This document shows, one piece after another, positions 52,562 to 64,000 of a stretch of DNA of 64,000 nucleotides. The position numbers and the translations under genes were made by a program. Positions within the stretch are counted from its first letter, which is position 1. Every line of letters begins with the position of its first letter. The notes under the pieces are model-generated. The model was not told where the DNA came from. It ran no database searches and saw only the letters and a program-made list of their open reading frames with translations. The DNA is from Cenococcum geophilum (taxonomy: Eukaryota), in the NCBI GenBank assembly GCA_050273025.1, contig CP158636.1, positions 4,774,001 through 4,838,000 on the forward strand, written 5' to 3'.

Positions 52562-53280
52562 CAGAGTCTTGGCAGATAAGAAGAGTTTTTACTACTAGAT
52601 TTGCCCACCGATAATATTAATTCTATTACCACCATGGCTTCTAACGCGTTAGATGATGGCCAAACGAATACCTTAATACTCTCTATAACTCGTTTTAATC
52701 CTACCGTCTCTACCGACCTCCAGTACGCCTCTGATTACAGCTTAGATGGTAATACCGACGCGTCTACCACCGATCACTCCTAATTGCGCAAGACTACTGT
52801 TGGCCACTGAGGTAGCCCTACTACAGAGGTGCGACGGGTGCTGTTCGACGTCAGTTTTCAACGTGTATCATCACTCTCTAGGGACCCCTGTAAGGGGTCA
52901 ATTCTCTTATGTATATTAGGGCTCTTGGAGCCACCTTGAATAAAACAGATCACTCGTACAATTCTGTGTCTCTACCTACCAGCTAGCTTATGTCATTCGT
53001 GATACCTGCCTAGCTGAAAACTACAATCTGATATAATTAGAGCTTTAATGGCGGTAGGATTGTGGGACAAGGAAGGCGTAATTAAGATAGTAGATGGGTA
53101 GTTAAGGCGGCCGTGGAAGGAAGGAACAGAAAATACACCGTAGAATGGTAACTCAACACCATGCCAAGACTCGCGATAGGCCTATATTGACGGCAGGAGC
53201 GACAGAAACGACGTTAGAAAGTGATCTGGGCGTCACCAGGTAGGTCCCCTGCATCAACGCCATGCCAAGACTCGTGATAA
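52562..53280 (+). mobile_element. Internally deleted hAT transposon remnant, interrupted by a solo LTR
   Basis: An N-terminal-like piece (MASNALDDGQ...) abuts ITPNCAR|LQSDIIRALMAVGLWDKEGVI, the end of a hAT dimerisation domain, once the LTR is removed. GAGTCTTGGCA at 52564 is inverted relative to two TGCCAAGACTC copies (~53162, ~53263). No TSD found. Confidence 0.6.
52798..53019 (+). mobile_element. Solo LTR (222 bp)
   Basis: TSD ACTAC at 52793-52797 and 53020-53024; starts TGTTGGC, ends GCTGAAA (degenerate); internal TATA-like and AATAAA motifs; removal restores the hAT reading frame. Confidence 0.7.
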
Positions 53281-53299
53281 TTACTGACTACTATGTAGT

Positions 53300-53427
53300 T
53301 ACAATTAGTTGCAATTGTTTCAATATTGAATCAATCAATTCAATCAACTGAGCCTTCTGCTTACAAAGTTTTCAATTCAATCGATTCAAGGCCTCAATTG
53401 AATTGAATTGATTGATTAACAACCCTG
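53300..53427. mobile_element. Isolated hAT-type terminus with CAAT/ATTG subterminal repeats
   Basis: Ends ...ATTGATTGATTAACAACCCTG (reverse complement CAGGGTTGTTAATCAATC); many CAATT/CAATC repeats. Confidence 0.65.
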
Positions 53428-53782
53428 ACGGTGAAGATGCGCGCTTGATATACGACCCGCAAGATCAAGGAGGCGAAGCTTGTTCATTACGTTTCGACCT
53501 CACAGTTCCCTTTGTGCGTTGGCTTGCAATGAACAATGTCGCCCAAGTGAAGCGCTACCAGATTGCCCGTGTTTATCGGAGAGACCAGCCAGCTAGCGCG
53601 TGGCCGTCTACGCGAATCCCATCTAATGTGAGTCTGAAAGCAAGGCTGGACTTTGTTAAGGACCGGAACTCCAGAACCGATGTCAAGCCCTTGCAAGCCA
53701 TACCTTCTCCTATACTAAAGTAAATGCTGTCTGCTAACTTGGGTAGTGATTTCGATATTGCTGGCATTTACGACCCTATGAT
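53428..53782 (+). pseudogene. HTS1: Internal fragment of histidyl-tRNA synthetase, frameshifted, intron retained
   Basis: [50 protein letters not shown] / ARGRLRE, then a GTGAGT...GCTAAC...TAG intron (~53628-53746), then DFDIAGIYDPMI: class II aaRS motif 2 region of HisRS. Confidence 0.9.
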
Positions 53783-54780
53783 TAGGGATGCACATAATAC
53801 TTTGATTAGTTACATAAGTTATAATTACTATATAATCTAATTAATTATAATCAAAATTAATCTTTTGATTATGATTACATGTTTATAATCAATATAATCA
53901 CCCGTGGTAAGAACAGGTAGGAATAGAATGTAGTAATAAAACTTTAGTGTTAAGAAAGTTGTTTATTAATTTTCCTACTATGTGGTCGGCATTAACTAAA
54001 AAGCGCTAAGTCTGCTGTTTTATATACAAAAAACGCCTGTGCGGGCTTTTAAGAAAAGTTATTGTATATGCGTCGACGCGTATTTTATCTAGAGCTCCTT
54101 TTTAATTACCACCTACTAACTATGTCTTCCTTACAATGTATACCTGCGCAAGCCTCCACCCAAAAGCGACTACGAGAAGAAGAAACCGACACTATTTCCC
54201 TCCTTAGCGATCACGATTCGCGTAAGTTTAATGATGTAACACTTACCTGTGAGGATCCTTACCACTAAATTAACACACCTGAAACTAAAAGGAAGAAGTT
54301 ATAAGAGGATAAGGAGCTTTAGTCTTACGCCTTATTAAAGCCTTTACCTAGTAAACCTAACCGGGGTAATTCTAATTAAGAGATCTTCTACTGTAAGCGG
54401 TGCTTAAAGGATAATACTAGCGCTACTACTTTCTGGCGTTACCTAAAAACTAAGTATAGAATCTTCTATGTAGCAAGGAAGGCCAAAGCTAATGTTAATA
54501 CTGAAGCTATATTAGCTGCCTTATTCGTAAAATAACAGGAACTAGATAATACTAGAAGGGATCTAAAGGTAATAAAAATCCTTAAGGAAGCTATGAGCGA
54601 GAAGGACTTCCTAGATTCTCTCTGCTACCTTATTATTACTTATAACCTTCCTTATTTAATCGTTAAATAGCCTAAGTTCCGGACCTTTTTATATGTCTAT
54701 AATTATACACTAGTTAGTAAAGGCGGCTTGCTTATAAAGTTATAAAACTCTATACCTCTACTACTTAGTAAAACGTTTGT
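53783..54780 (+). mobile_element. 5' part of a hAT transposon (TIR, subterminal repeats, BED-finger transposase start), cut by LTR element A3
   Basis: Begins TAGGGATG (Ac-like CAGGGATG); GATTA/TAATC repeats; ORF from 54122 MSSLQCIP...IFYCKRCLKDNTSATTFWRYLKTKY (BED finger relic)...TYNLPYLIVK*PKFRTF. Confidence 0.8.
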
Positions 54781-57700
54781 TGTAACGGAACCTTATAGTA
54801 GGTACTACAGTGGGTTCGTTATTAGGCTAGGTATATAGGTGAAGCAAATTAAGTTAACAACGTAATAATAACTGGTGGAGTAGTTGCCTAACAGATTAAC
54901 TCTAATTGTATTTTAAGAATTACTACGAGGAAGGAACTATCTAGGTAGGGACTAAGGGTCCTTAAATATATAACCGTACTCTTAAGAAAGTCGTTGCTCT
55001 ATCTGCTCTGTCTGCTCTGTTTACTCTATTATAGATCTCGCAGATTATATAGATTATATAGATTACATTACGTGACCTTACTTATTATTCCTTATTATAT
55101 AGTTTTATAGGTTCTATCCTAGACCGTGCCTATATTAACTAACTAGCTTCTTCTAACTCTTCTCTAAGTAGTTGTAATATTGTACTTAAAGCGTCCGTAA
55201 TACTATCTCCCTCCTCTCTATCTTCGTCCTTAAAGATACCTAGCATCTCCAAGTCGTTTACTAGAGGTGTAATATCCGTCTAATTAATTTGGTTAATATT
55301 ATTACTTATAATGCCTAAAGCAATTTCTTCTTCTTTAACTCTCCGTTATGCGCATATAGTTTCGTCTATATTATTACTTAGTAAGATAATACTGTCTCTA
55401 TATTCTCGTTATGCGAAAGAGGGGTTAGTTTATGTTACGTTAGTAAGTCCTTTGTCTTAGCAACCGTTCTCTTATTTAGAGTGCACTAAAGTAAACGTTT
55501 AATTGCTCTGCGACGTTTGTTTTATTTCTGACGCTAAATATACGCATCCTATTACTCTTAATAGTTGTTAAGTTCCCTAAGTAATTTGTTATAAGGTCTT
55601 ATATTTAATCTGCTGCTGCGAAGCTTAATAATAAACTATCTATTGCTTTAGCGGAACTTCGTTATTCTCGTAACGCTAAAAAGGAGGCTGCTAATACTTA
55701 ATAACGTGCCCTTAATTCTCGTCTTGCTGCGTCCGCTTGGTTAATTTGTCTTAAAAAGGTGCGTAAGAAGGTTTGTTTTAAGGAGTGGAAGCTTATAAAA
55801 TAAGGTCTTTAGGAACTTAGTAATAAGAGAACTAACTCTCTTCCTATAGTAAAGGAAACAACTCCAAGTAGTTTAGCAGTCGCTCTTCCTAGGTCCCCTT
55901 AGGTGGCTCGTTTTTTAGTAATCCTTTTTTATTAATATTACCTAACCTATTTTCTTCTGATATTCCTATACCTTTCCCATAGCATTCTTTAGGTTCTCTA
56001 GTAGCTCCTAGGTAGTCTTATTATAGCCTATCCACTTAACTTTATACTATATCTTATTGTTAATGTCCTTATAACTAACGATTTTTAAAACTTACTATTT
56101 ATCTTCTTCCTATCCTCTATACGTGTCTGCTTTGTAAACTAGTAGCTTAATATTCCTATATACTAGCTCTAGTATTGCAATATACTATATAGGGTAGATC
56201 TTTATTTTGGCTAGTAGGTTTAACTTAAATATAACTAATAAAATTCTCTGCGTAATTTCGAAAGGTCCTAGTCTGACGTAGTTTAACTTTTTGCTTAGTT
56301 GTTAACTTTTAAAATTTTTATATAGTAGCTATACTTTATCTCCCTCCTTAAGATCTGGTCCCTTAGATCTCTTAGCATTATAGTACCTTTTTATTCTTTG
56401 CTATACCACCTTAGCTGTTTCCGTGAGGTCTATATAAATATTTATTAAATTCTCCATTCTCTACTTAGCTATACTACTCGTTTTCTTTACTTAACGTGGC
56501 AATAATAAGGTCCTTAGCTTATATCCATAATTCGCTTTAAATAGTAACGTACCTATTCTTTTTTATGGTATTGTATTATATGCAAACTGTGTAACTAGTA
56601 ATAGCAATACCTAATTATTTTATGCGTGATTAATATAGTGTCTTAGATACTGCTCTAGTGTCTAATTTAATCTTTCTGTTTAACCGTCTGTCTGTGGATA
56701 ATATGCGGTAAAAGTTGCTGCTTAAACTCCTTACTCTGCTAAGAATACTTTCTAGAATGCTACTATAAATCTTAGATCTCTATCCGATATAATTTTGCTT
56801 AATACTCTATATCTTATAAACACTTCTTTAATATAGATTCTAGTAATATCTTCCGCTAATATTTCTTCTGTGCATACTATAAAGTATCCCTACTTTATAA
56901 GCTTATCCACTATTACTAAGATTACGTCGTAATCTTATCCGGTAATAGGATCTCTTAATTTTAGTAACTTAATAATAAAGTCCTATAATATAACCTCCTA
57001 TAGTCTCTCTAGTATTTTAATAGGTTGTAGCCCTCTATATGGCTTATGCCTTGTTAGTTTATTTCTCTAGTAATTTAGATATTCCTTTGTGACTTATCTT
57101 ACTAGTTTTTAGATTCCGTTAATAATATACTCCTCTTAAAGTCTTAATACTAAGCCTGTAGCTCCGTTGTGTTTTTAAGTTGGTCCTTTATAAAACGATT
57201 TAATAAACTTCTTTGCGATAGATCTTAGCATATACGTTACTTCTTAATTTTTATACTGCTCTGCGTCTAGATCCTTTGCCTATATATTTTAGATCTTCTA
57301 TATCTAATTACTCTCTAGTAATTTGTAGATCTTTTCCTCTTATATTGCTGTAATTTTCGGATAATTGTACCTAATTAATCCGTCTATATCCTTTTGCAAT
57401 AAAGCCCCTAATAGCTTTTCGTTATTTTATAGTTTAGCCTTTCTGCTTAAAGCATCTACTCGTGTATTCTCCGTACCCTTAGTATACTAAATCTCGAAAT
57501 AGTATTCTGCAAGCATCTCTACCTATTTAACCTATCTTTAGTTAAGTTCCTTCGTTATTAGGAATCTTATTAGGTTCTTATAGTCCGTTCTAACTATAAA
57601 TGGTTTCTTTATACCTTATAAGAATGCTCTCTATTTCTTTAGTGCTGTAACTATACCTAATAACTCCTTATTGTAGATGTTATAGTTTAGTTCTAGTGGT

Positions 57701-60700
57701 GTTATCTTCCAACTATAGTATGCCACTAGATGCTATCTATCTGGATACTTTTATATAAAGTATGCTCCTAGTGTAAAGTCTAATACGTCTGTTTCTACAA
57801 CCGTTTTTAGTCCTGGTTAATAGATCTTAAGAACTAGCTTTTGGGTAAATAACCTTTTAACTTCCTTAAACAGTTCTTATTGTTCCTTTTCCTATACTTA
57901 TAGTTTTTCTTTCTTTGTTAATTGCGTAAATAGCTTAATATCTTTTAACTATTATGCTATAAACCTTTTATAATAATTACAAAACCCTAGAAACAATCTT
58001 AACTGCATAACGTTCTCTAGTTCCTACCAATTTACTATAGCCTTAATCTTTTTTAGATCTATACTAAGTTAGCCTAGTTTAATAATAAATCTAATAAAAT
58101 CGGTCTTTCTAGTGAAGAACTCGCATTTCTTAATTGCTACTAGCATCTGTTTTTCTTATAGTCTCTCTAAAACCTATTTGACGTGTTTTCCATATTCTTC
58201 CTTAGTTATTAAATAGATGATAATATCGTCGAGATATACCATAATAAATTTATTTAAGTGTTCCCTTAATATATTATTAATTTACTTTTAAAATATTACT
58301 AGTACGTTTATAAGCCTAAATTGCATAACTAATGGTTTATATAGTCCTTCCTTTGACCTAAAGGCTGCCTTTTATTTATCGCCTTCCTTAATCCTAATCT
58401 AATAGTACGCCTATCTTAGATCTATCTTTATAAAGATTTACGCATTACCTATCCTGTCTTAGATTTCGCTAATTAAAGGTAAAGGATACCTATCCTTTCT
58501 GGTAATGCTATTTAACTATCTATAGTTAATATACAGCCTTAGTTTGCCATTTTTCTTTAATATAAACAGTACTGGATAACCCGCTAATAACTGCGATAGT
58601 CTAATATATCCCTTTTATAAGTTCTTCTAGATAAACTCTTTAAGTGCTCTGCCTTTCTCTTTAGTAAGCTTATAGATTAGAAAGAACCTTAGACTTGTTC
58701 CTAGTTCCAATTCTATCTTATAGTCCCATACTATATACTTTAATAGCTTTTTACTTTTTAGTAACCATAGTTTTTTACCGTACTTATAGTATCTCTTTAG
58801 TATATAACTTAATCCCTAATTAGTCTCTTTATATATCGCTCCAACTTAGTACCATACTAACTTGGTTTGTTGTTATATCTTATGGCATTAAGTATCTCTA
58901 ATATCGACCTAACCTATAATCTAATTGATTTTTAGATTGTATTTCTATAACTAAGGCATTCCTAATACTGCCTTATTATTTCCTAATAGTAATATATTAA
59001 AAGACATCTTAACTAGTCTTTCTTTAATGGTTAGCTGAATAGGTCCTATTTTAAGATTAATAATACCTCCTCTATAGGCTATTAGATCTCCTAAAATCGT
59101 CACTAATAGGTAAGGGTGTTCCTTCTGTCTGTGTGGTAACCCTATTCTTTTGACTGCTATTAGCGAGATATGGTTCCTTATTGCTCTACTATTTATTAAT
59201 GCCTCAAACTGTTAATCTTGCCACTTAACTCGTAAATTTAGGTGTTGTCCTTAAATTTCTTTAAGGGTCTAAGGCTCTACTACTAGCTCCCTCTGGTTCC
59301 GTGGGCCTCTACTTTTCCTAACTATTGGCTGCTTAATCTTATTTATACTTAGTCCAACTTAGGCTAATACTTAGTTCGCTTTTTGTCTTTAATATACTAT
59401 AGATAAGTATTTTCTAGATATTCCCACTACTATCGTCTATTTAGGCATTCTTCCGTAAGGAATCTTCCTAGTTAAAGTATTAAGTCCCCTTATTCTTAAA
59501 CTTCTACTAGGTGCCAACTATGCATATACTTAGCGTTTTAATATTTTGCCTTATCCGTCATCTAATACATCCTTATTAGATACTTCCGATTTTTATTTTT
59601 TAGTGCTCTATATATATTGCATATATTATCCACGCATGCTATCCACAATAGTATATAATGTGCTTAATGTCTTAGGTTAACTCTTGGCTTGTCTTTATCC
59701 TTAAGTTTAAACCTTTCTTATATTAATCTAAGCGTCGTGACTTTGTTTACTGGTACTAAGATTCGCCTTTTACTTCTTTAGTCCTCTAATTACTTCTCTA
59801 AATCCTTTAATGTTATAATTAAGGCTCCCTTAATATAAGTTATAGCCTTCTCTGTAATTAGGTGGTTTTAGATAACCTTTTCGTCTAACTATATATAGAA
59901 ATCTTCCTACTCGTTATTGTGCCTTTGCCTATACCACTTTTAGTATAGCTGCTTAAGTATATACGGTCTGTCCGTAAAGAAGTATCTCTTTATTACTGCG
60001 TTATAATAACCTTTAGTATATTATTTCTTAAACCTAGTTAAAATCCCTAAATCCTCTTCTTATTTTAGTTTAGTAAGCCACTTAGCTCTTAGTGTGCCTA
60101 CTTTCGGCCTATTAGTAATCCTTTATACTAGCGCTCTATCCCTTATACGTCCTAATATACTAGATCTCTTTTTTAGTTTCTATTCTTACTATAAGGTAAT
60201 TCTTGCTCTAAATTCCTTTATAATTTCTTTTCTTTCGTATTTTGTAAGTGGATTCTTAAAGTCTTTATGCTTTTTAATCTCGGTATTAAACTTTTAATCT
60301 TTAGGCTAAATACTACGTTCCCCTAGTAAGTCCTCTAGGTCTATATATCGGTCTCTTAATTTAACTGCTATTTATATCGTAGATTCTCTAATCTATAAAG
60401 AAGCCTCTTACCTCTTGCCTATGGGTATCCTTATTTATACTCTAAATTCTTAGTCCCTTAGATTCTTTAATCCTAAGCTTATTTCTAGCTTAAGCTTAGC
60501 TCCCACCTTAGTTTAACTAGGCGTCTATAGTGTTCTTATCTTATTTTAAGAATCTTAAATCTTACTTATCTTATCTTAAGAATCTTATGCTGTAGGAAAC
60601 TCTTGTCCCGAGCTTATTTATATATTCTTGAACTGAGCTACTACCCTACTCCATCGGTTTTTATCCGTTGTGGGTCCTTAGGTATGCCTTATCTCGTCTT

Positions 60701-62187
60701 AAGAATCTTAATTATCTCTTATCTCGTTTTAAGAATCTTAAGCCTATAGCCTTTTGCCTTTATTAAGTGGTAAGCTAGTACTAGCAGTTGTCTGCTTACT
60801 TAATCGTTTTTAGATATTACTTCTTCCGTCTTATAAAGCGATGGATGCCGTATCTAATGGTGTTATAATACCCGTTACTAAACCTTGCTCTATAGCGGTC
60901 TCAGTCTCTACTTCTATTGCGTTATTAAGGTTTAGATACCCCTAGTTAGTTCCTTTACTGTCCTTATCGCTATTAATTAATAAGTATTCTAACTTTATTA
61001 TTATTGTTACTAATCTCTATCTATACGTTGCTGTAATATCTTAATCTAGCTTATAGAGTTAATCTTATTCTTTATCTAACTCTTAAGTCCCTTTAAGTCC
61101 TCTTAACTCTAGTTCTTATAGCTAATAGCTTGCGCTATACTTAGCGTCTTTATAAATTTAGTATGCGTTGTTATAATAAAACGCGAAACTTTTAATTAAA
61201 CACTCTTTTGTTCCTTGTAGTATACTATTATCCCTCTATACATATATGTCTTCTGCTATTAGTCTAGTTCCCTTTATTATATAGTAACTCTAACTATCTT
61301 TATAATCCTTTGTAAAATAACCTTATTTCCTACAATTTATATAAGCTCTATCTTTAAACTATTAACTCTGTTATAGAGTCCGCCTAAATATCTTCTACTA
61401 ATAAGATTCCTGGTTTAGCCTATGCTCCTTAGTCCTATAATTACTAGATCCTTAACCTCTAGGTTTTTATAGTTTCTTACTCTATCTCTTATAGGCTTCT
61501 TTAGTACCGCTTAGGTTTATTAGCTTTGCGCCATACTATAGTTTCTAACTTAGCTTTTATTGTTACGTACTCTGCGCCTTATATAACTATAGAACTCTAT
61601 CCTAACCTCTCTTAGTCTATTCCCTTTAAAAGATCCTATTATTAATCTTAATCGCTTAATCTATTAATTCCCTTAGGGTATCCGCATCTTCTATTAGAAT
61701 AATTACGTCCTAGACTTTAGCCTTAAGTCTTTATTTATACTGTGCTATAAGCGCCTTATTATTCTACTTAACTTATATCGCTAACGTTTGGAACTACGTT
61801 GTGTATTTAATAGCTAAGGTTTATTACGTAATATCTTAGAGTTTTCTTTCTGCCGTAGTTATTGCCTTTAGGTCTCTAAATATCTGTATAAGTTGCTCCA
61901 CGAATTTATTCTAGCTTAAGAATATAAACTATACTTCCTAGTTCGTTGTTATTATTCTATTTGCTTATATCTCTATAAGGTAAGGCTTAAACTATTTAAG
62001 TGCTCTTCCTAATAAGAATAATCCTGCATACGCTATTTAATCCATAGGTGTTGCTAGCTTTGCTCCCTCTTGCGTAACCTTAAAATGCATTTATATAAGG
62101 AATCCTTTAAGCTTTAACCTCTCTCCTAAGAATCTCTTAATTAATAGTAACTTAACCTTTACTGCTCTTATCCCGTTAATCCTTTGT
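54781..62187 (-). mobile_element. Gypsy chromovirus, family A copy 3, interrupted in gag by element F
   Basis: 3' LTR at 54781-55202, then PPT; internal region colinear with copies A1 and A2 up to 62187. Confidence 0.95.
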
Positions 62188-64000
62188 TGTAACGGAATTC
62201 CCCAGAAGGTACATATTAGATAAGACAGAAGGAGGTCTCATCTATGTTCCAGAAGGAGGTCTTATCTATGTTCCAGAAGGAGGTCTCACCTATATTCCAT
62301 CTACGTCCCAGAAGACACGGTCAGACAGATAAGGGGTAAAGGGTTTTACTGGCGTCTTAGAAAGATCATATAGGGAGCTGGTTCTCCTCTAGAGAAGAAC
62401 TAGCGATTAGTCTCTAAATAGAAGTGGTTAGAAGCATTTGTCCTTTAATACGTAAAACTCATTCTACCTTTAACTTACCTTCTATTTACCTTTGACTTAC
62501 CTTCTACTTACTAGTGATACTGTTGATTAGATAATTATACGTTCCGGTTAGGCTGGCCTCTTATAATTCTAATTGCTCACAATCCGTTAGGAACGTACGG
62601 CTATTAATTAATAATAACGAACTATACTCCTATACCCTACAAAGCAACGCCCTCACCGCAAGAGGCTTAAAGAGTCTCCCTAAAGGAGCGCATTCCCTCT
62701 TCCTATGAAGAAGCTATGGCTGGTCCGTCTAACCTTATAAGACCCTTAGGAACGATTACTGCTGGGGAGTTATTAGAGTGGTCGCTATATAAGACCCTAT
62801 AAAAAATAAAGGAGTTGGAGATACGATTAAGATAAGTATATTAAGACTACTAAGAACAATTGTAAGGATAATTAGGGGAAGCATAGATACCCTAGACACG
62901 AAGCGGACTTAAAGGGGTAACGCTATACTATACTGTGATATTAGAAAAACCTAAATTCCGTATAAAGGAACCTAATAAGTACTATAGTAATAGTCTTTAG
63001 AACTGCAATTATTTTATCCAACAATGTGAAACTAAGTTTCGGCTGGATCCGAAACGTTACTCTAACAAGTATAATTAGACACTAATTACTTCTACCTTCC
63101 TACGTAGCACCGTTAAGAGTTTATAGACACGCTATAAGAAGAAACTTACTATACCCCTTAAATTTAGCAAACTTAGGACCTAGTTGGTTAATTAGGTCTA
63201 AAACCCTACTAATTAAGGGATAGACTATAACTAGCAATACCACAACGCTAAATAGCGGGATAGTTAGACTGTGGTCTAGTTTGTAAACTACTTAGAAGAA
63301 CTAAAAGATAATATACCCTACTCAGATCTATAGGATGACGCTATATAACTTCACTAGTTACTTACTAAGCTATAACCTAAGATTCAATAGGCTATATAAG
63401 AGAAGGGCGAAATTCCTACCTCTTAAGAAAAGCTTATCTCTAAAGCTACTTGGATTAAGAGTGCTAAAAGAGACTATCTAGGTAAGCAAAAGGAATAAGA
63501 CGCTAATAATAAAGAGTGTAGGACTAGACCTAGCTTTAATAATAGGGGTAGATTCCAACCTAACCGCTCTACGGAAGGATAACGCGAGTAGGCCTTGTAG
63601 CCCTAGAGCAACGCTAGTTAACCCTAAAATAATAATAGGCAGAGATCTAATTCGTAGAAGGGGAACCGGGAGACACGTACCTATTATAACTGCGGTAAGA
63701 AGGGCTATATAAGCCGCTTCTGCTAGTAGAAGAAGTAAGAGTCGGCCTAATTAGGAAAAGAGACAGCCTAGTAGATCTTTACTCCCTTATACTAGGCTAG
63801 CAAGAGAAGAAGGGAGTAAACTACCGCATAGTTATTCCTGTCTCTATTTAAGTCAATAATAAATAGGTAACGTGAGACTGCCTTATAAATAGCGGCGCGA
63901 GTATAGGGTTCATTTCTTAATTACTAGTAAAAGAATTAGATTTGGACCTTAGCGGCTTATAGGTGCGCACCGTTTGAAGTATCGGAGGCCACCGGATTCT
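62188..64000 (+). mobile_element. Gypsy element, family F: 5' LTR (62188-~62565), gag and start of protease; continues beyond window
   Basis: Starts TGTAACGG; gag KEPNKYYS ~62965; knuckle YYNCGKKGYISRFC ~63680-63723; protease INSGA (IDSGA) ~63890. LTR end is inferred. Confidence 0.88.
62226..62299 (+). repeat. Three tandem 24-bp repeats (CAGAAGGAGGTCTCATCTATGTTC) in U3 of LTR F
   Basis: Directly visible, no spacers. Confidence 0.95.

Noticed and set aside
45240..54780. Starship element
   Set aside because: No tyrosine-recombinase captain gene or recognisable Starship boundary in the window; membership of a larger element cannot be excluded.
54776..62187. TTTGT before both LTR A3 (54776-54780) and LTR F (62183-62187) as a TSD pair
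   Set aside because: Both copies lie on the left of different LTR families, so the geometry is wrong for a TSD; likely coincidence or target preference.
62226..62299. 24-bp repeats as a CRISPR array
   Set aside because: No spacers, eukaryotic context, located inside an LTR.

Overview
Eukaryotic DNA, almost certainly from a filamentous ascomycete. About 85% of the window is AT-rich transposon DNA degraded by RIP-type C>T/G>A mutation. It comprises: the right part of a multi-gene Plavaka/CMC-type DNA transposon relic (1-~9199); five families of Ty3/Gypsy LTR retrotransposons (labelled A, C, D, E, F), including a three-deep nest confirmed by 5-bp target-site duplications (TSDs); a full-length Tad1-like LINE; and several hAT pieces. 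One GC-balanced, essentially un-mutated island (~45.3-52.5 kb) carries three co-oriented minus-strand loci: an intact FunK1-type fungal kinase, a SAM-like locus followed by two copies of an unrecognised 35-aa motif, and a PD-(D/E)xK-type nuclease-like gene, with a ~330-bp palindrome between the last two. This island is the best candidate for an undescribed conflict or drive system. Other highlights are a 4-exon antisense six-cysteine gene inside a Gypsy element, a histidyl-tRNA synthetase fragment trapped between two hAT ends, and Tf1-style self-priming sites in four LTR families. All family assignments come from motif recognition by eye; no searches were run.
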